A DNA stretch of 35,854 nt. Origin: a virus. Lineage: Duplodnaviria > Caudoviricetes. Location: positions 1 through 35,854 of IMG/VR virus record IMGVR_UViG_3300033406_000367, one strand, 5' to 3'. This document shows, piece after piece, positions 1-8,237 of the stretch; position 1 is the first letter of the stretch; each line of letters begins with the position of its first letter. A model generated the notes under the pieces. The model did no database searches. It worked only from the letters and a program-made list of their open reading frames with translations, and was not told where the DNA came from. The position numbers and the translations under genes are program-made.

Positions 1-126
1 GGGAATGCGGATCTGCTTGAACTCGACGTCCTCGAACTGGGTCAGCAGGCTGTGGCCGAGGGCCTCGGCGGTCAGGCCGGTGCCGTCGGAGACGAAAAAT
101 ACGGTGCGTTTGATGGGATTTGGCAT
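1..126 (-). CDS. ppsR: Host PEP synthase regulatory protein (kinase/pyrophosphorylase), N-terminal part, runs off the window
   Basis: Manual translation from ATG at 126: [42 protein letters not shown]. The VSDGTGxTAE motif is typical of the PpsR/DUF299 N-terminus. Not in the ORF track. Confidence 0.9.
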   Translation of the reverse strand, partial: MPNPIKRTVFFVSDGTGLTAEALGHSLLTQFEDVEFKQIRIP

Positions 127-148
127 TTACAAGGCTTCCGGCGGTGTT

Positions 149-168
149 CTTCTACAATTTTGTAGAAG
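149..168. repeat. Perfect 9-2-9 palindrome at the host/prophage junction (candidate attL core region)
   Basis: CTTCTACAA-TT-TTGTAGAAG lies between the ppsR start and the integrase stop. AAGGCTT occurs at 131-137 and 166-172. The att role is inferred from position. Confidence 0.45.
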
Positions 169-170
169 GC

Positions 171-1160
171 TTAATTTTTACGGCGCGATTTTACAGGCTC
201 TACGCGCTCAATCTCACGCTGCTTGATGTACTTGTCCGACATGGACTTCGAGGTGTGGCCGAGCAGCGCTTGATAGTCCTGGCCTTGTTGTTTTGCCTCG
301 GTAGCCGCCTTGCCGCGAATGTCGTGGAAGTGAACATTCTTAACGCCGGCCCGCGTGCATGCCCCATTCCATATCGTGTAGAAAGCCGAGTAGGTGTATG
401 CCTTTCCGCGATTGGTGCAGAGTAGCTGCAGGCCGCGAACAGGGCGGGGCAGCTTTTTTGCGGTGGCAATTACTTCGCGCAACTCGTTTGACCAGGTGAA
501 TAGCTGGCGCTTCCCGGTCTTGTGTTGCTGGATGAATAGGCCGTCATCCTGGCAATCCGCAAGGCGTATCTTCAGCACGTCAGTAATCCGCGCACCGGTC
601 AGGTAAGCAATATCCATTGCGACCTTGACCACTTCATTGCCATTGCTGCGAATCGCGCTGAACTCTTCGTCAGTCAAGTATCGGTCTCGGCCCTTGATGA
701 CGAATTTTGGAACCATCTTTGCAGCATTTTGGCATTCGATGATTCCGCGACGAATGGCATGGTCAAAGACATTCGACAGGATTACCCTGCCGAGATTGGC
801 CTGGGCTTTTGACGTATGCGTGTCCATGAACTGGGCTACATGCATCGGCTTGATTGATTCCATTGGCCCATCGAAAACCTGCGGCAGAAGATCGATTAGC
901 GTCTGGTAGGTTTTCTTCGTAGCCTCTGAGAGCTTTGTGTATTGCTCACTTTTTAGCCACTGCTGAAGAAGCGCAGGGAAGAACGACCCGCCAAGCGGCT
1001 TACCTGTCTCTAGCTGCGCCCATAGGAGCTTTGCGCGAGAAAGGTCTTTGTCGAGCCTTATCCACTTACGCGGCGTCGTGCTGGTCACGTAATAGTACGT
1101 GTCAGCCTTCAGGTGCATGCGCGGCGGCAGCGCGTGGTTTGATTGTCGTTTTCTTCCCAT
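171..1160 (-). CDS. int: Phage integrase (tyrosine recombinase)
   Basis: Catalytic motifs TGARITD, HKTG, HDIR, LGH and KY. N-terminal arm-binding-like region (LPPRMH...YYY). Start taken at MGRKR (alternative 1172). Confidence 0.93.
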   Translation of the reverse strand: MGRKRQSNHALPPRMHLKADTYYYVTSTTPRKWIRLDKDLSRAKLLWAQLETGKPLGGSFFPALLQQWLKSEQYTKLSEATKKTYQTLIDLLPQVFDGPMESIKPMHVAQFMDTHTSKAQANLGRVILSNVFDHAIRRGIIECQNAAKMVPKFVIKGRDRYLTDEEFSAIRSNGNEVVKVAMDIAYLTGARITDVLKIRLADCQDDGLFIQQHKTGKRQLFTWSNELREVIATAKKLPRPVRGLQLLCTNRGKAYTYSAFYTIWNGACTRAGVKNVHFHDIRGKAATEAKQQGQDYQALLGHTSKSMSDKYIKQREIERVEPVKSRRKN

Positions 1161-1173
1161 GGCGCCAAGCATG

Positions 1174-1392
1174 CTAGGCCACCTTCTTCATTGCGGCAAG
1201 ATTCGGAGTCCATACCCGCTCAGTTTCGGCGGACGGCTCGGATAGCCTCGACTCAAGGTGCGACCGAAGGACGATAGGCCTTCCGATTCCTGACACCTCG
1301 AATTTGAAGCCGTGCGATTTGAGCCACCGGCAGCGGTCAGCGTTGCGCCGGTAGCCGGTTAGGTCGAATAGTTCGTCGTCAGTTAGGAACAT
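1174..1392 (-). CDS. Excisionase-like protein (DUF4224-like)
   Basis: MFLTDDELFDLTGYRR...RWL...GRPIV pattern, 72 aa, directly upstream of int. Confidence 0.75.
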   Translation of the reverse strand: MFLTDDELFDLTGYRRNADRCRWLKSHGFKFEVSGIGRPIVLRSHLESRLSEPSAETERVWTPNLAAMKKVA

Positions 1393-1760
1393 TCGGCCGC
1401 CTCCTTTATTCGTCTTGCGCCTTTGAATTCTGGCCGTGACTGATACTGCGTTGGCGCAATCACGTTGGCTAAAATCAGCTTCCAATTTGCGCGATTGTTC
1501 TCGACGCACGGCCCGGCATCGTTGTCATGATGTCCTTTAAGCGGCGGGACGGCTATGGCATCTAGCACCTCGCACGGCACCGCCACATTGCTGCACCCAC
1601 TGTTGTAGTAGCCAAGATGCTGCATGACGCGATCGCGCGGATACTTCCCGGCGCGGCTCAGCGCCCAGCAATACCCACGGTCATCGGGCCGCCATATGGT
1701 GATGTACAGATGGTCGCGCATCGTGTGATGCACGCTGATTACATATAGCATATCGCTCAT
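1383..1760 (-). CDS. Phage hypothetical protein
   Basis: ORF from MSDMLY, overlapping both neighbours, with a GGAGG RBS. Confidence 0.7.
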   Translation of the reverse strand: MSDMLYVISVHHTMRDHLYITIWRPDDRGYCWALSRAGKYPRDRVMQHLGYYNSGCSNVAVPCEVLDAIAVPPLKGHHDNDAGPCVENNRANWKLILANVIAPTQYQSRPEFKGARRIKEAAECS

Positions 1761-2197
1761 GCCGCCTCCTTCAAACAAGCCTCTTCGGCATGCATCGCCC
1801 GGGCCCGGCCAAGCGCCGCCTCCGCATCGACAAACAGCGCTCCCGGCTGCCGTTTCCAAAACTCTTCACTGACATTCACCAGCAACTCAAGCGCCCGCAC
1901 TTCATCGCCCGTCGCCCCAAACTTCTTCTTGTCGAAGTAGCGGTCCTTGATGTTCATCAGCGCCACGCCGGCCAGCGAGCAGACGGAAAGCGTTTCCGTG
2001 TCGTTCTTCTCGGACGCTGCAAGAATCAGCATGTCGCGGCAGTCGGCCAGCACGTTGAAATGCGCACTGGCTGACCAGCCGCCGACGAACGCTTTTACCG
2101 CCATGCGCTCCTGCAGACTCACCTCGGGATTGAGGTGCATCGCTACAATGGTCGGCGCCAGCGCACGGCGCACGATGCGTTTGCATTGCTTTCTCAT
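1757..2197 (-). CDS. Phage hypothetical protein
   Basis: ORF from MRKQCKR, 4-bp overlaps with both neighbours. Confidence 0.7.
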   Translation of the reverse strand: MRKQCKRIVRRALAPTIVAMHLNPEVSLQERMAVKAFVGGWSASAHFNVLADCRDMLILAASEKNDTETLSVCSLAGVALMNIKDRYFDKKKFGATGDEVRALELLVNVSEEFWKRQPGALFVDAEAALGRARAMHAEEACLKEAA

Positions 2198-2484
2198 TTT
2201 GCCAACTCCACCAGATAGCCAGACCGGCGCGGGGTGTATTTCTTCACCAAGCCTTCGGCGATCAGTTGATTGAGGATGTGCCATACTTGGCCGTTTTTCA
2301 GGCCGAACGTTGTTTCGAGTTCCTTGGTTTCGACCTTACGTCCGGCGGCCTTCAGGTGGTCAAGGAACTTCTGGCGGCGTTCGACAGTTTCGGTTTTGAT
2401 CTTGAAACCGCCGTGGTGAGCGTGCTGCTCGAACGTCCACCAGGTTGGGCGCTGGATTTGGTCTAGGGCTAGGCTGAGGCTCAT
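2194..2484 (-). CDS. Winged-HTH-like hypothetical protein
   Basis: TKELETTFGLKNGQVWHILNQLIAEGLV is wHTH-like; coupled within the operon. Confidence 0.6.
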   Translation of the reverse strand: MSLSLALDQIQRPTWWTFEQHAHHGGFKIKTETVERRQKFLDHLKAAGRKVETKELETTFGLKNGQVWHILNQLIAEGLVKKYTPRRSGYLVELAK

Positions 2485-2804
2485 GCTGCACCGCCAGTCT
2501 TGTGGGCGGAGATGGCTTCTTTGGCCGTTAGCACAGCGGCATCGTCGTCGCTGTACTCGATGATTTCTCCGAATGCATCCAGCATCCGATTGTTATCAGC
2601 CTCAAGCTCGGCGATGCGTTCGCGTAGCGGCTTGGCTGCGGAGAGGATGGCGTCGGCGGTATAGAGATTGGAACCAACTTTAAGTCCGCGCCTTTTCGCA
2701 ATCGCGGCAATTGACTCTGCGCCACGGTAGAACAGTTGGAACACCGGCCCGACGTGCGCCACAGGCTCACCAGCCGCCGCAATGATTTGTTCGTCAGAGA
2801 TCAT
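2481..2804 (-). CDS. Phage hypothetical protein
   Basis: Coupled ORF with a short coiled coil (LRERIAELEA). Confidence 0.7.
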   Translation of the reverse strand: MISDEQIIAAAGEPVAHVGPVFQLFYRGAESIAAIAKRRGLKVGSNLYTADAILSAAKPLRERIAELEADNNRMLDAFGEIIEYSDDDAAVLTAKEAISAHKTGGAA

Positions 2805-2995
2805 TCCGCCGACTCCTTAAACGTAGTAACCGTCTTGACCCACTGCACCATATCGCAAGCATTTGCCCCAGCCTCGCGCCGAACCCAAAGCGCGGCGGGC
2901 ATCGTTTCCGGGTGACACTTGCGCTCGGTGTAGCGCTTGCAATTGGTCTTGCTTGGGCAGTTTCCGCCGTCGCAGATGGTGAAGGCGGTTTTCAT
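2801..2995 (-). CDS. Small Cys-containing hypothetical protein
   Basis: MKTAFTICDGGNCPSKTNCKRY..., overlaps both neighbours. Confidence 0.6.
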   Translation of the reverse strand: MKTAFTICDGGNCPSKTNCKRYTERKCHPETMPAALWVRREAGANACDMVQWVKTVTTFKESAE

Positions 2996-3708
2996 TTCGG
3001 CCTCCATTCGGCGCCGCGAACAGCCTTGCCAATCGGAACCAGCGCCAGCACATCGGCGCGGCCATGAGCTCTGGCACTGGACATTGCCGCTGCATGCGCA
3101 CCTTCGGGCTTGCTGCGGATCAGCGAGCGTTTGCCCGGGACGCGGATAAGGTAGCCGATAGCGGCTTCCTTGACGTCGGCCGCTTCTTGGCCGTGCATCA
3201 GTTGCTCGTTGAGCGCTTCGATCTGGATGCGGGCGTGGCCGATGTCAGCCTTCATATTCTCGATGACCTTAGTTACAGACCCGATGCCGTCTTCGTTGAG
3301 CAGAAGCATCATTGTCCGTTCCCACATCAGTACATCGTCGCGGTGCGCGTTGCGGTCGCGGGTAAGTTCTTCGATGCGGTTGCGCAGGTCAGAGACCTCC
3401 TTGCCGGCCGTCGTCGCAACGACCTTGGCCGCATTGCAGCATTCCTTGTCGGTCGGCATTTCTGCGGGCTCAGGCTCGGCTTTGTCGGGCCCGTTCTTTT
3501 CCAGCCAGGCGACACCGTACCGGCTGATTTCGTAGGCCGGCAAGCCGGTGACCGTGTCTTTGCCGGCGTCGACGTGGCCGGCCTTCTTCGCATCGTTGAT
3601 GGCAATGCGCAGCTTGTCGCGCTGGATGCCGGTGCTTTGTTCGAGGTCGTCATAGGTGCTTTTGCCGTGCTTCTGCAGGGCGATTAGTACGGATTGGCGG
3701 TTGCTCAT
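2992..3708 (-). CDS. Hypothetical protein with N-terminal wHTH-like and coiled-coil regions
   Basis: Start taken at MSNRQSV. TYDDLEQSTGIQRDKLRIAI is HTH-like. Confidence 0.65.
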   Translation of the reverse strand: MSNRQSVLIALQKHGKSTYDDLEQSTGIQRDKLRIAINDAKKAGHVDAGKDTVTGLPAYEISRYGVAWLEKNGPDKAEPEPAEMPTDKECCNAAKVVATTAGKEVSDLRNRIEELTRDRNAHRDDVLMWERTMMLLLNEDGIGSVTKVIENMKADIGHARIQIEALNEQLMHGQEAADVKEAAIGYLIRVPGKRSLIRSKPEGAHAAAMSSARAHGRADVLALVPIGKAVRGAEWRPK

Positions 3709-3757
3709 GTTGTTTGTCTCGGTTTGGTGGGGCGGCATGTGCGCCACCCATTGATCG

Positions 3758-5419
3758 TTAAGCCGCCTTCTTGAAGGCAAGCGCCAGCGTGTGATCGGCG
3801 ATCTTTCGGCAGATAACAGGGAACTGCGAGGCCGGGTAAAGCCGGGCGTTCTTCTCGGTCGTTGCTTCAAATCCAAGCGAAGCCAGGAAATCAGCGCTTA
3901 CCGTGTAGCCAAGTCGTGCGCAGATTTCTCCGAGCTTGATGGTCGGTCCAACTGTCAAAGATTCTTTTACGGTTGCCGGCGCCGGCTGGTCGACCATTAC
4001 GAGCGGCTGCTCGATATGGTTTTCGGAAGGCTTGGCATTCTGCAAATCCGCTTGCGCTTGAGCGGCGCGGCGCTCTGCCGCGATCTGCTCTGCAGCCAAA
4101 ATATTGGCCCGCCGCTCTTCCTCGGCACGGATTCGCTCGCGCTCCGCTTCAAGGCGCTTTTCTTCAGCTTCCTTGCGCTGGCCGACGCGCATTGACAGCA
4201 GAGCGGCGAAGTCATCCGGCGCCTTGGTGCATACCTGGGCGAAATCAGGAAACAGGCTCATATCATCAACCGTCTTCCGGTTCGCTTCGATCCGATCGGC
4301 AACGGCATTGGCTTCAACCTTGGCATTTGCCAGTGCAACAGAAACCTTGTCGCGCATGCTGTCGAGAGACTTCAGTCCTTTGATTGCTTCGGCAAAGCTT
4401 CCAATCGCCGGGATTGGAACGCCGACACGCTTCAGCAAACCAGCCAGGTGGTCGGAGAACTCACGGTGCGCGCCCGTGACAATCTCAGCCTTCCGGTTTT
4501 CCTTCTCAGCCTTGACCAGCTTATCCAGCGTCAGGCGCTTGCTGCGCATTTCCGCCTTCAGGCTGTCGATAGTGCGGAACAGTTCGTCGATGCTGGCCGT
4601 CTGCGAAAGCGCCTGCGCCTTGACCAGATCAAGCCGCTTCTCGCCGTCGTCGAGGAACTTAACCATCTTGTCGGCCGTGGCGAAATCGTTGTCGGTGACA
4701 AGGTTGGTGTTTATGGCCTTGATTCGATCAAGAACGACCGACTGGAAGGTTGCAAGATTCGACGAGGTAACCTGGCCGGTGAGTTGAACAGCAAGGGCCG
4801 GCAGGTCTTCGATTGATTCGGCGACGGCGGCCGGCTTTGCTTCGACATGCTGGTAATTCTTCAGGTCGATTTCGAACTGATCCCAGCCGGCGCGCAGTTG
4901 CGCGATCCGTTCAGGCTGCGGGTAATACCAGCAATAGACGAACTTTTCAGGCGTGCCGTCCGAGCAGACAAAAACGATCTTCTCAAAGCCAAAAACGGCA
5001 ATCTGTTGATCAAGCTGCCACTTGTGAGAATCAGGCACATTTCCTTCGCGCACCTGGGCGGCGACGCCTTCATTCCACAGCTTGTGCTCGAAGCCGATAT
5101 TGCAAAGCATCGTGGCCCCGTCAGAACTGGCAAGAAGTCGGCCTTCGTCATCCGTGGCGACGATTGGATAAAGCTCTTCGCCGATGATTGCTTCGACCAG
5201 CGGGCGAGCGTTTGCTTCGGCTTCGTGGCCGGCATTGAAGCGTCCAAGCGTTGCGGCATCCGGCTCAGGAATGATGCCGGTTGCCTTCTGCTTCAGGAGT
5301 TCGGAGCGCGACATATAGGCGCTGACGCCCATCATGGCCGGTGCTTCGCTGGCGTTAAAGCACTTGGCGCGGGCATTCAGCCATTCGCGAGTGCCTTGCT
5401 GAACCTGTAGCTCGATCAT
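3758..5419 (-). CDS. YqaJ/lambda-exonuclease family protein with long helical C-terminus
   Basis: QGTREWL..R...ASEA, GHEAE, ASSDG and EHK exonuclease motifs; adjacent to Bet. Confidence 0.88.
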   Translation of the reverse strand: MIELQVQQGTREWLNARAKCFNASEAPAMMGVSAYMSRSELLKQKATGIIPEPDAATLGRFNAGHEAEANARPLVEAIIGEELYPIVATDDEGRLLASSDGATMLCNIGFEHKLWNEGVAAQVREGNVPDSHKWQLDQQIAVFGFEKIVFVCSDGTPEKFVYCWYYPQPERIAQLRAGWDQFEIDLKNYQHVEAKPAAVAESIEDLPALAVQLTGQVTSSNLATFQSVVLDRIKAINTNLVTDNDFATADKMVKFLDDGEKRLDLVKAQALSQTASIDELFRTIDSLKAEMRSKRLTLDKLVKAEKENRKAEIVTGAHREFSDHLAGLLKRVGVPIPAIGSFAEAIKGLKSLDSMRDKVSVALANAKVEANAVADRIEANRKTVDDMSLFPDFAQVCTKAPDDFAALLSMRVGQRKEAEEKRLEAERERIRAEEERRANILAAEQIAAERRAAQAQADLQNAKPSENHIEQPLVMVDQPAPATVKESLTVGPTIKLGEICARLGYTVSADFLASLGFEATTEKNARLYPASQFPVICRKIADHTLALAFKKAA

Positions 5420-6210
5420 GCTTGCGCTCCTTCAAGTGATTTGACGAATTCGGCATCGATTACGCCGTCGTTATCGACATGCGCCGGCTTGGCGAGGTTG
5501 TAAATTGCTGCCGTTTGCTCGGGGCTAAGCGTGTAGCGGGTGGCAGAGCGGGAAACGATCTGCTCGGGCTTGGCCTTGCCGGCGGCGATTGCTTCACCCC
5601 ATGCGGTCAGGTTTTTAGAAAACTCGGCTTCCGGGTAGGCGGGCAGGGCTTCAATTTGTTTTGGCTCAGTAGCGGAGCGCTGCGGGATCTGGTTGATTTC
5701 AATCTCGCTAATCCGCTCGGCCTCGTCTTGGTCGTAGATTCCACCAAAACCGAACGCCAGGCGTGCGCACTGGATCATTGCCTTGTGGCGCAGCATCCGC
5801 TTCGGGTGGCTGCCCCATGGGCCGACATTCGGGCGCTTGCACTCGCTCATGTACTCGGTGACGGACACCGGGCGGCTGCGGTCCTTGCGGAAGATTCGGC
5901 AAGTGCAAGCCTCTTCGTTCTGGTCGAATTCCATGCCGTCGAATTGCGGGTGGCCGTTCATGATTCGTGACCAGCCATCGACGCCAACAACAGGAACGAT
6001 CCCATTGTTCTTGTCTGGGAAGGCGTAGATTTCCTTCGTCCAAGGGTTAAGGCCGTATTGGTTGGCGACAATCAGTAGCGCGGTCATTTGCGCGTCAGAT
6101 ACCTGGCCTTTAAAGGCGGTTGCCTTCAGGGTGTCGATCAATCCGCTGCCATCGCCAAGCTCGAAACGAGCGGCCAGGGTGTTGGTAAGGGTCATCAATG
6201 CATTGCTCAT
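5416..6210 (-). CDS. bet: Phage recombination protein Bet (single-strand annealing protein)
   Basis: ANQYGLNPWTKEIYAFPDK, VVGVDGW and HPKRMLRHKAMIQCARLAFGF are characteristic of lambda Bet. Confidence 0.95.
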   Translation of the reverse strand: MSNALMTLTNTLAARFELGDGSGLIDTLKATAFKGQVSDAQMTALLIVANQYGLNPWTKEIYAFPDKNNGIVPVVGVDGWSRIMNGHPQFDGMEFDQNEEACTCRIFRKDRSRPVSVTEYMSECKRPNVGPWGSHPKRMLRHKAMIQCARLAFGFGGIYDQDEAERISEIEINQIPQRSATEPKQIEALPAYPEAEFSKNLTAWGEAIAAGKAKPEQIVSRSATRYTLSPEQTAAIYNLAKPAHVDNDGVIDAEFVKSLEGAQA

Positions 6211-6413
6211 GCTGCTCTCCGTGCAGAAACTGCGATAAATTCAGGGTTCTTTTTGGCCGCGTCGCGCTTCGCTTCGTCGGCGTTGTGCGCCTTGACGTAG
6301 GCAATCCGCTTGCGGGCGTTCTGGACTGCGTTCAGTGAGCGATTGCGGTGCATCATTACTTCGAAGTCGTAGATCGGAGCGCGGACCATGTTGGTGAGGT
6401 TGGGCGCCATCAC
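6207..6413 (-). CDS. Small hypothetical protein
   Basis: Coupled ORF in the leftward operon. Confidence 0.55.
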   Translation of the reverse strand: MMAPNLTNMVRAPIYDFEVMMHRNRSLNAVQNARKRIAYVKAHNADEAKRDAAKKNPEFIAVSARRAA

Positions 6414-6718
6414 GCGGCCAGCCTTTCCCGCTCCATGCGCTCAAAGCGCACCGCATCGGAGTACTGCTCAGCCGCAGCCTCAGTCTCGCCATTCCAGTCA
6501 GCGACGCAGGCCGGAATAATCTCGTCCGCGACGTAGTCATCCGCGACCGAGACTTCGACGCCATTGGCGCCGCCAACCTTGATCCAGTAAATCGAAGCGC
6601 TTTCCGGCTCGTTCGGCTCGATGCCGCGACCATTGCGCGGGGTGCGGTACTTGTAGCTGACGGTCAGTTCGACTTCGCCGAGCGGGCCGCATTCGACGGT
6701 GTGGGTACAGATGGTCAT
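6410..6718 (-). CDS. Acidic hypothetical protein
   Basis: Coupled ORF in the leftward operon. Confidence 0.65.
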   Translation of the reverse strand: MTICTHTVECGPLGEVELTVSYKYRTPRNGRGIEPNEPESASIYWIKVGGANGVEVSVADDYVADEIIPACVADWNGETEAAAEQYSDAVRFERMERERLAA

Positions 6719-6720
6719 GA

Positions 6721-6993
6721 TTAAACCCGCCCCATCTCAGAAGCCATGCGGCCATGCAAAAACACCGTCAGAATGGCCGACGACTTGAACGACGGATGAT
6801 GGTGAGCGCAGCGGCGCGAGTCGTATGCCGGGTGCAAAACCCACTTGGCGCCAAGCGTGTTGATGGCGCGAATGCGCTTCGATTCGTTGCTCGCGGCAAG
6901 CCGGGCAATCTGCGCGTCGACGTTCTGCTCGGCGGTTTGCTTCGAGGTTGCCGAGGCGATGACGGCCTGGCGGTGCTTCATTGCGTGATCCAT
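6721..6993 (-). CDS. First gene of the PL operon, hypothetical
   Basis: GGAGGG RBS upstream, directly downstream of the predicted PL. Confidence 0.7.
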   Translation of the reverse strand: MDHAMKHRQAVIASATSKQTAEQNVDAQIARLAASNESKRIRAINTLGAKWVLHPAYDSRRCAHHHPSFKSSAILTVFLHGRMASEMGRV

Positions 6994-7030
6994 GATTCCC
7001 TCCGTTTGCGTTGTTTTGCTGCTGGAGTGA

Positions 7031-7073
7031 ATAATAGGATGACTAATATTAGTGAGTCAATAGCCCGACTGAT
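7031..7073 (-). promoter_or_regulatory. PL promoter with two operators (OL)
   Basis: Minus strand TTGACT (7060-7055), 18 bp spacer, TATTAT (7036-7031). Operators AATAGGATGACTAAT (7033-7047) and AATAGCCCGACTGAT (7059-7073) resemble the OR sites. Confidence 0.8.
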
Positions 7074-7090
7074 ATTTTTTCATTGAACGC

Positions 7091-7112
7091 AAAAAATCCG
7101 CCCAGCTGGCGG
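7091..7112 (-). terminator. Rho-independent terminator facing left, upstream of PL
   Basis: Minus strand CCGCC-AGCTG-GGCGG-ATTTTTT. Confidence 0.6.
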
Positions 7113-7203
7113 CTGATCGGAACGGCTGGTCTTTCCGATGACGCCGCTTGATACGCGGCGCCATGATGTTGTAATCTAGTCGGGCGATCTGCATGGCATG
7201 CAA

Positions 7204-7235
7204 TCGTAACGCGCACTCTTTCAATCGCGTTACGA
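7204..7235. repeat. Perfect 10-bp inverted repeat abutting the recombinase RBS
   Basis: TCGTAACGCG-(12 nt)-CGCGTTACGA; the right arm overlaps GAGGA. Confidence 0.85.
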
Positions 7236-7246
7236 GGACCGCCACC

Positions 7247-7921
7247 ATGACCAAGCGTGCAGCCGTTTTACTGCCGTCGCAACTTCGCCATCTACTTCGC
7301 GTCACCGAAGCAACAAGCCGCCACCCCGAACGGGATGTGCTGATTCTGTGGCTCGGCTTCTCCTGCGGTATGCGCGTCACAGAAACCGCCCGCCTGACCG
7401 TCGCCGACGTTCTGCATCCATCGGGCCGACTGCGCAGCGAAATCAGCCTGCGCGCCGAGATTACCAAGGGCTGCCGGCAGCGCCTGGCCTACCTGACCAA
7501 CCCGAAGCTAATTGCCGCAATGGACCGGTACATAGAGTGGCGCAATGCCAAGCGCTTCGGTTGCTCGCTAGATGGCCGGCAGTATCGCGGCCTGATGCCA
7601 GCGACCAAGCTAATCCTGACGTGGAAGGGTGGCCCCTACGAACTCAATACGAAGCGGGCCAGGAACGCGGCCGGCGAGGTTGTCGAGTACCTGGCGGCCG
7701 ACAGCTTGCAGACTTACATCAAGGGACTGTACCGCGCTGCGGGCCTATTCGATGCCTCAAGCCACTCTGGCCGGCGCACGTTCGCATCCAGGCTCATGGC
7801 GGCAGGCGAATCGCTTGAAACCGTACAGGCGCTGCTCGGCCATGCCGAACTCGATCACGTCATGCCCTATCTGGAAGTCAATCCCGCAACGATGCGAGAA
7901 ATGTTCGCCGAGGTGCTATGA
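7247..7921 (+). CDS. Short (224 aa) tyrosine recombinase, catalytic domain only
   Basis: R (GMRVTE), K (TKG), HxxR (HSGRR), H (LGH) and Y (VMPY) are all present. No N-terminal core-binding domain. GAGGA RBS before ATG 7247. Confidence 0.9.
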   Translation: MTKRAAVLLPSQLRHLLRVTEATSRHPERDVLILWLGFSCGMRVTETARLTVADVLHPSGRLRSEISLRAEITKGCRQRLAYLTNPKLIAAMDRYIEWRNAKRFGCSLDGRQYRGLMPATKLILTWKGGPYELNTKRARNAAGEVVEYLAADSLQTYIKGLYRAAGLFDASSHSGRRTFASRLMAAGESLETVQALLGHAELDHVMPYLEVNPATMREMFAEVL

Positions 7922-7940
7922 TGAAACATTGGTGTTTCAT
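7921..7940. repeat. Palindromic site A
   Basis: ATGAAACA-TTGG-TGTTTCAT, perfect 8-bp arms. Confidence 0.8.
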
Positions 7941-7969
7941 ATGGCGCATGGAAGATGGAGATAGCAACG

Positions 7970-8158
7970 ATGTACGGCGAAGACGCTCAAGCAATCAGGA
8001 AACAGTGCGGACTGACGCAGAGCGAGCTTGGCCTGCTCTGGCGAAAAAGCCGTGTTCAGATCGGCCGGTACGAGAAGGCGCAGCAGGCCGTGGAGCCGCA
8101 AGTTGCGTCTGCTTATCGCGGATTGGCTGCTGAATTATCGAAAAGAAATGCAACATAG
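7970..8158 (+). CDS. XRE-family HTH regulator (62 aa)
   Basis: IRKQCGLTQSELGLLWRKSRVQIGRYEK; GGAG RBS at 7957-7960. Confidence 0.8.
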   Translation: MYGEDAQAIRKQCGLTQSELGLLWRKSRVQIGRYEKAQQAVEPQVASAYRGLAAELSKRNAT

Positions 8159-8167
8159 GTGTTGCGT
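8148..8167. repeat. Palindromic site B, related to site A
   Basis: ATGCAACA-TAGG-TGTTGCGT; 16/20 identical to site A. Confidence 0.8.
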
Positions 8168-8190
8168 TAATGATTCACCAGTGATACATT
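8162..8190 (+). promoter_or_regulatory. Sigma70-type promoter upstream of the small-gene array
   Basis: TTGCGT (8162-8167), 17 bp spacer, TACATT (8185-8190), with extended -10 TG at 8182-8183. Confidence 0.65.
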
Positions 8191-8237
8191 AGAGTCACTA
8201 AAGAAGCATTAACGCAACCAACAAAGGAAAACGCACC

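Noticed and set aside
5-425. Plus-strand ORFs 5-226 and 120-425
   Set aside because: Antisense to ppsR and the integrase, which explain the sequence better.
3720-3752. GC-rich imperfect hairpin in the leftward operon
   Set aside because: No U-tract or boxA-like context, so no function can be assigned.
7057-7467. 136-aa minus-strand ORF
   Set aside because: Antisense to the recombinase, runs through the terminator and OL, and has no recognisable motifs.
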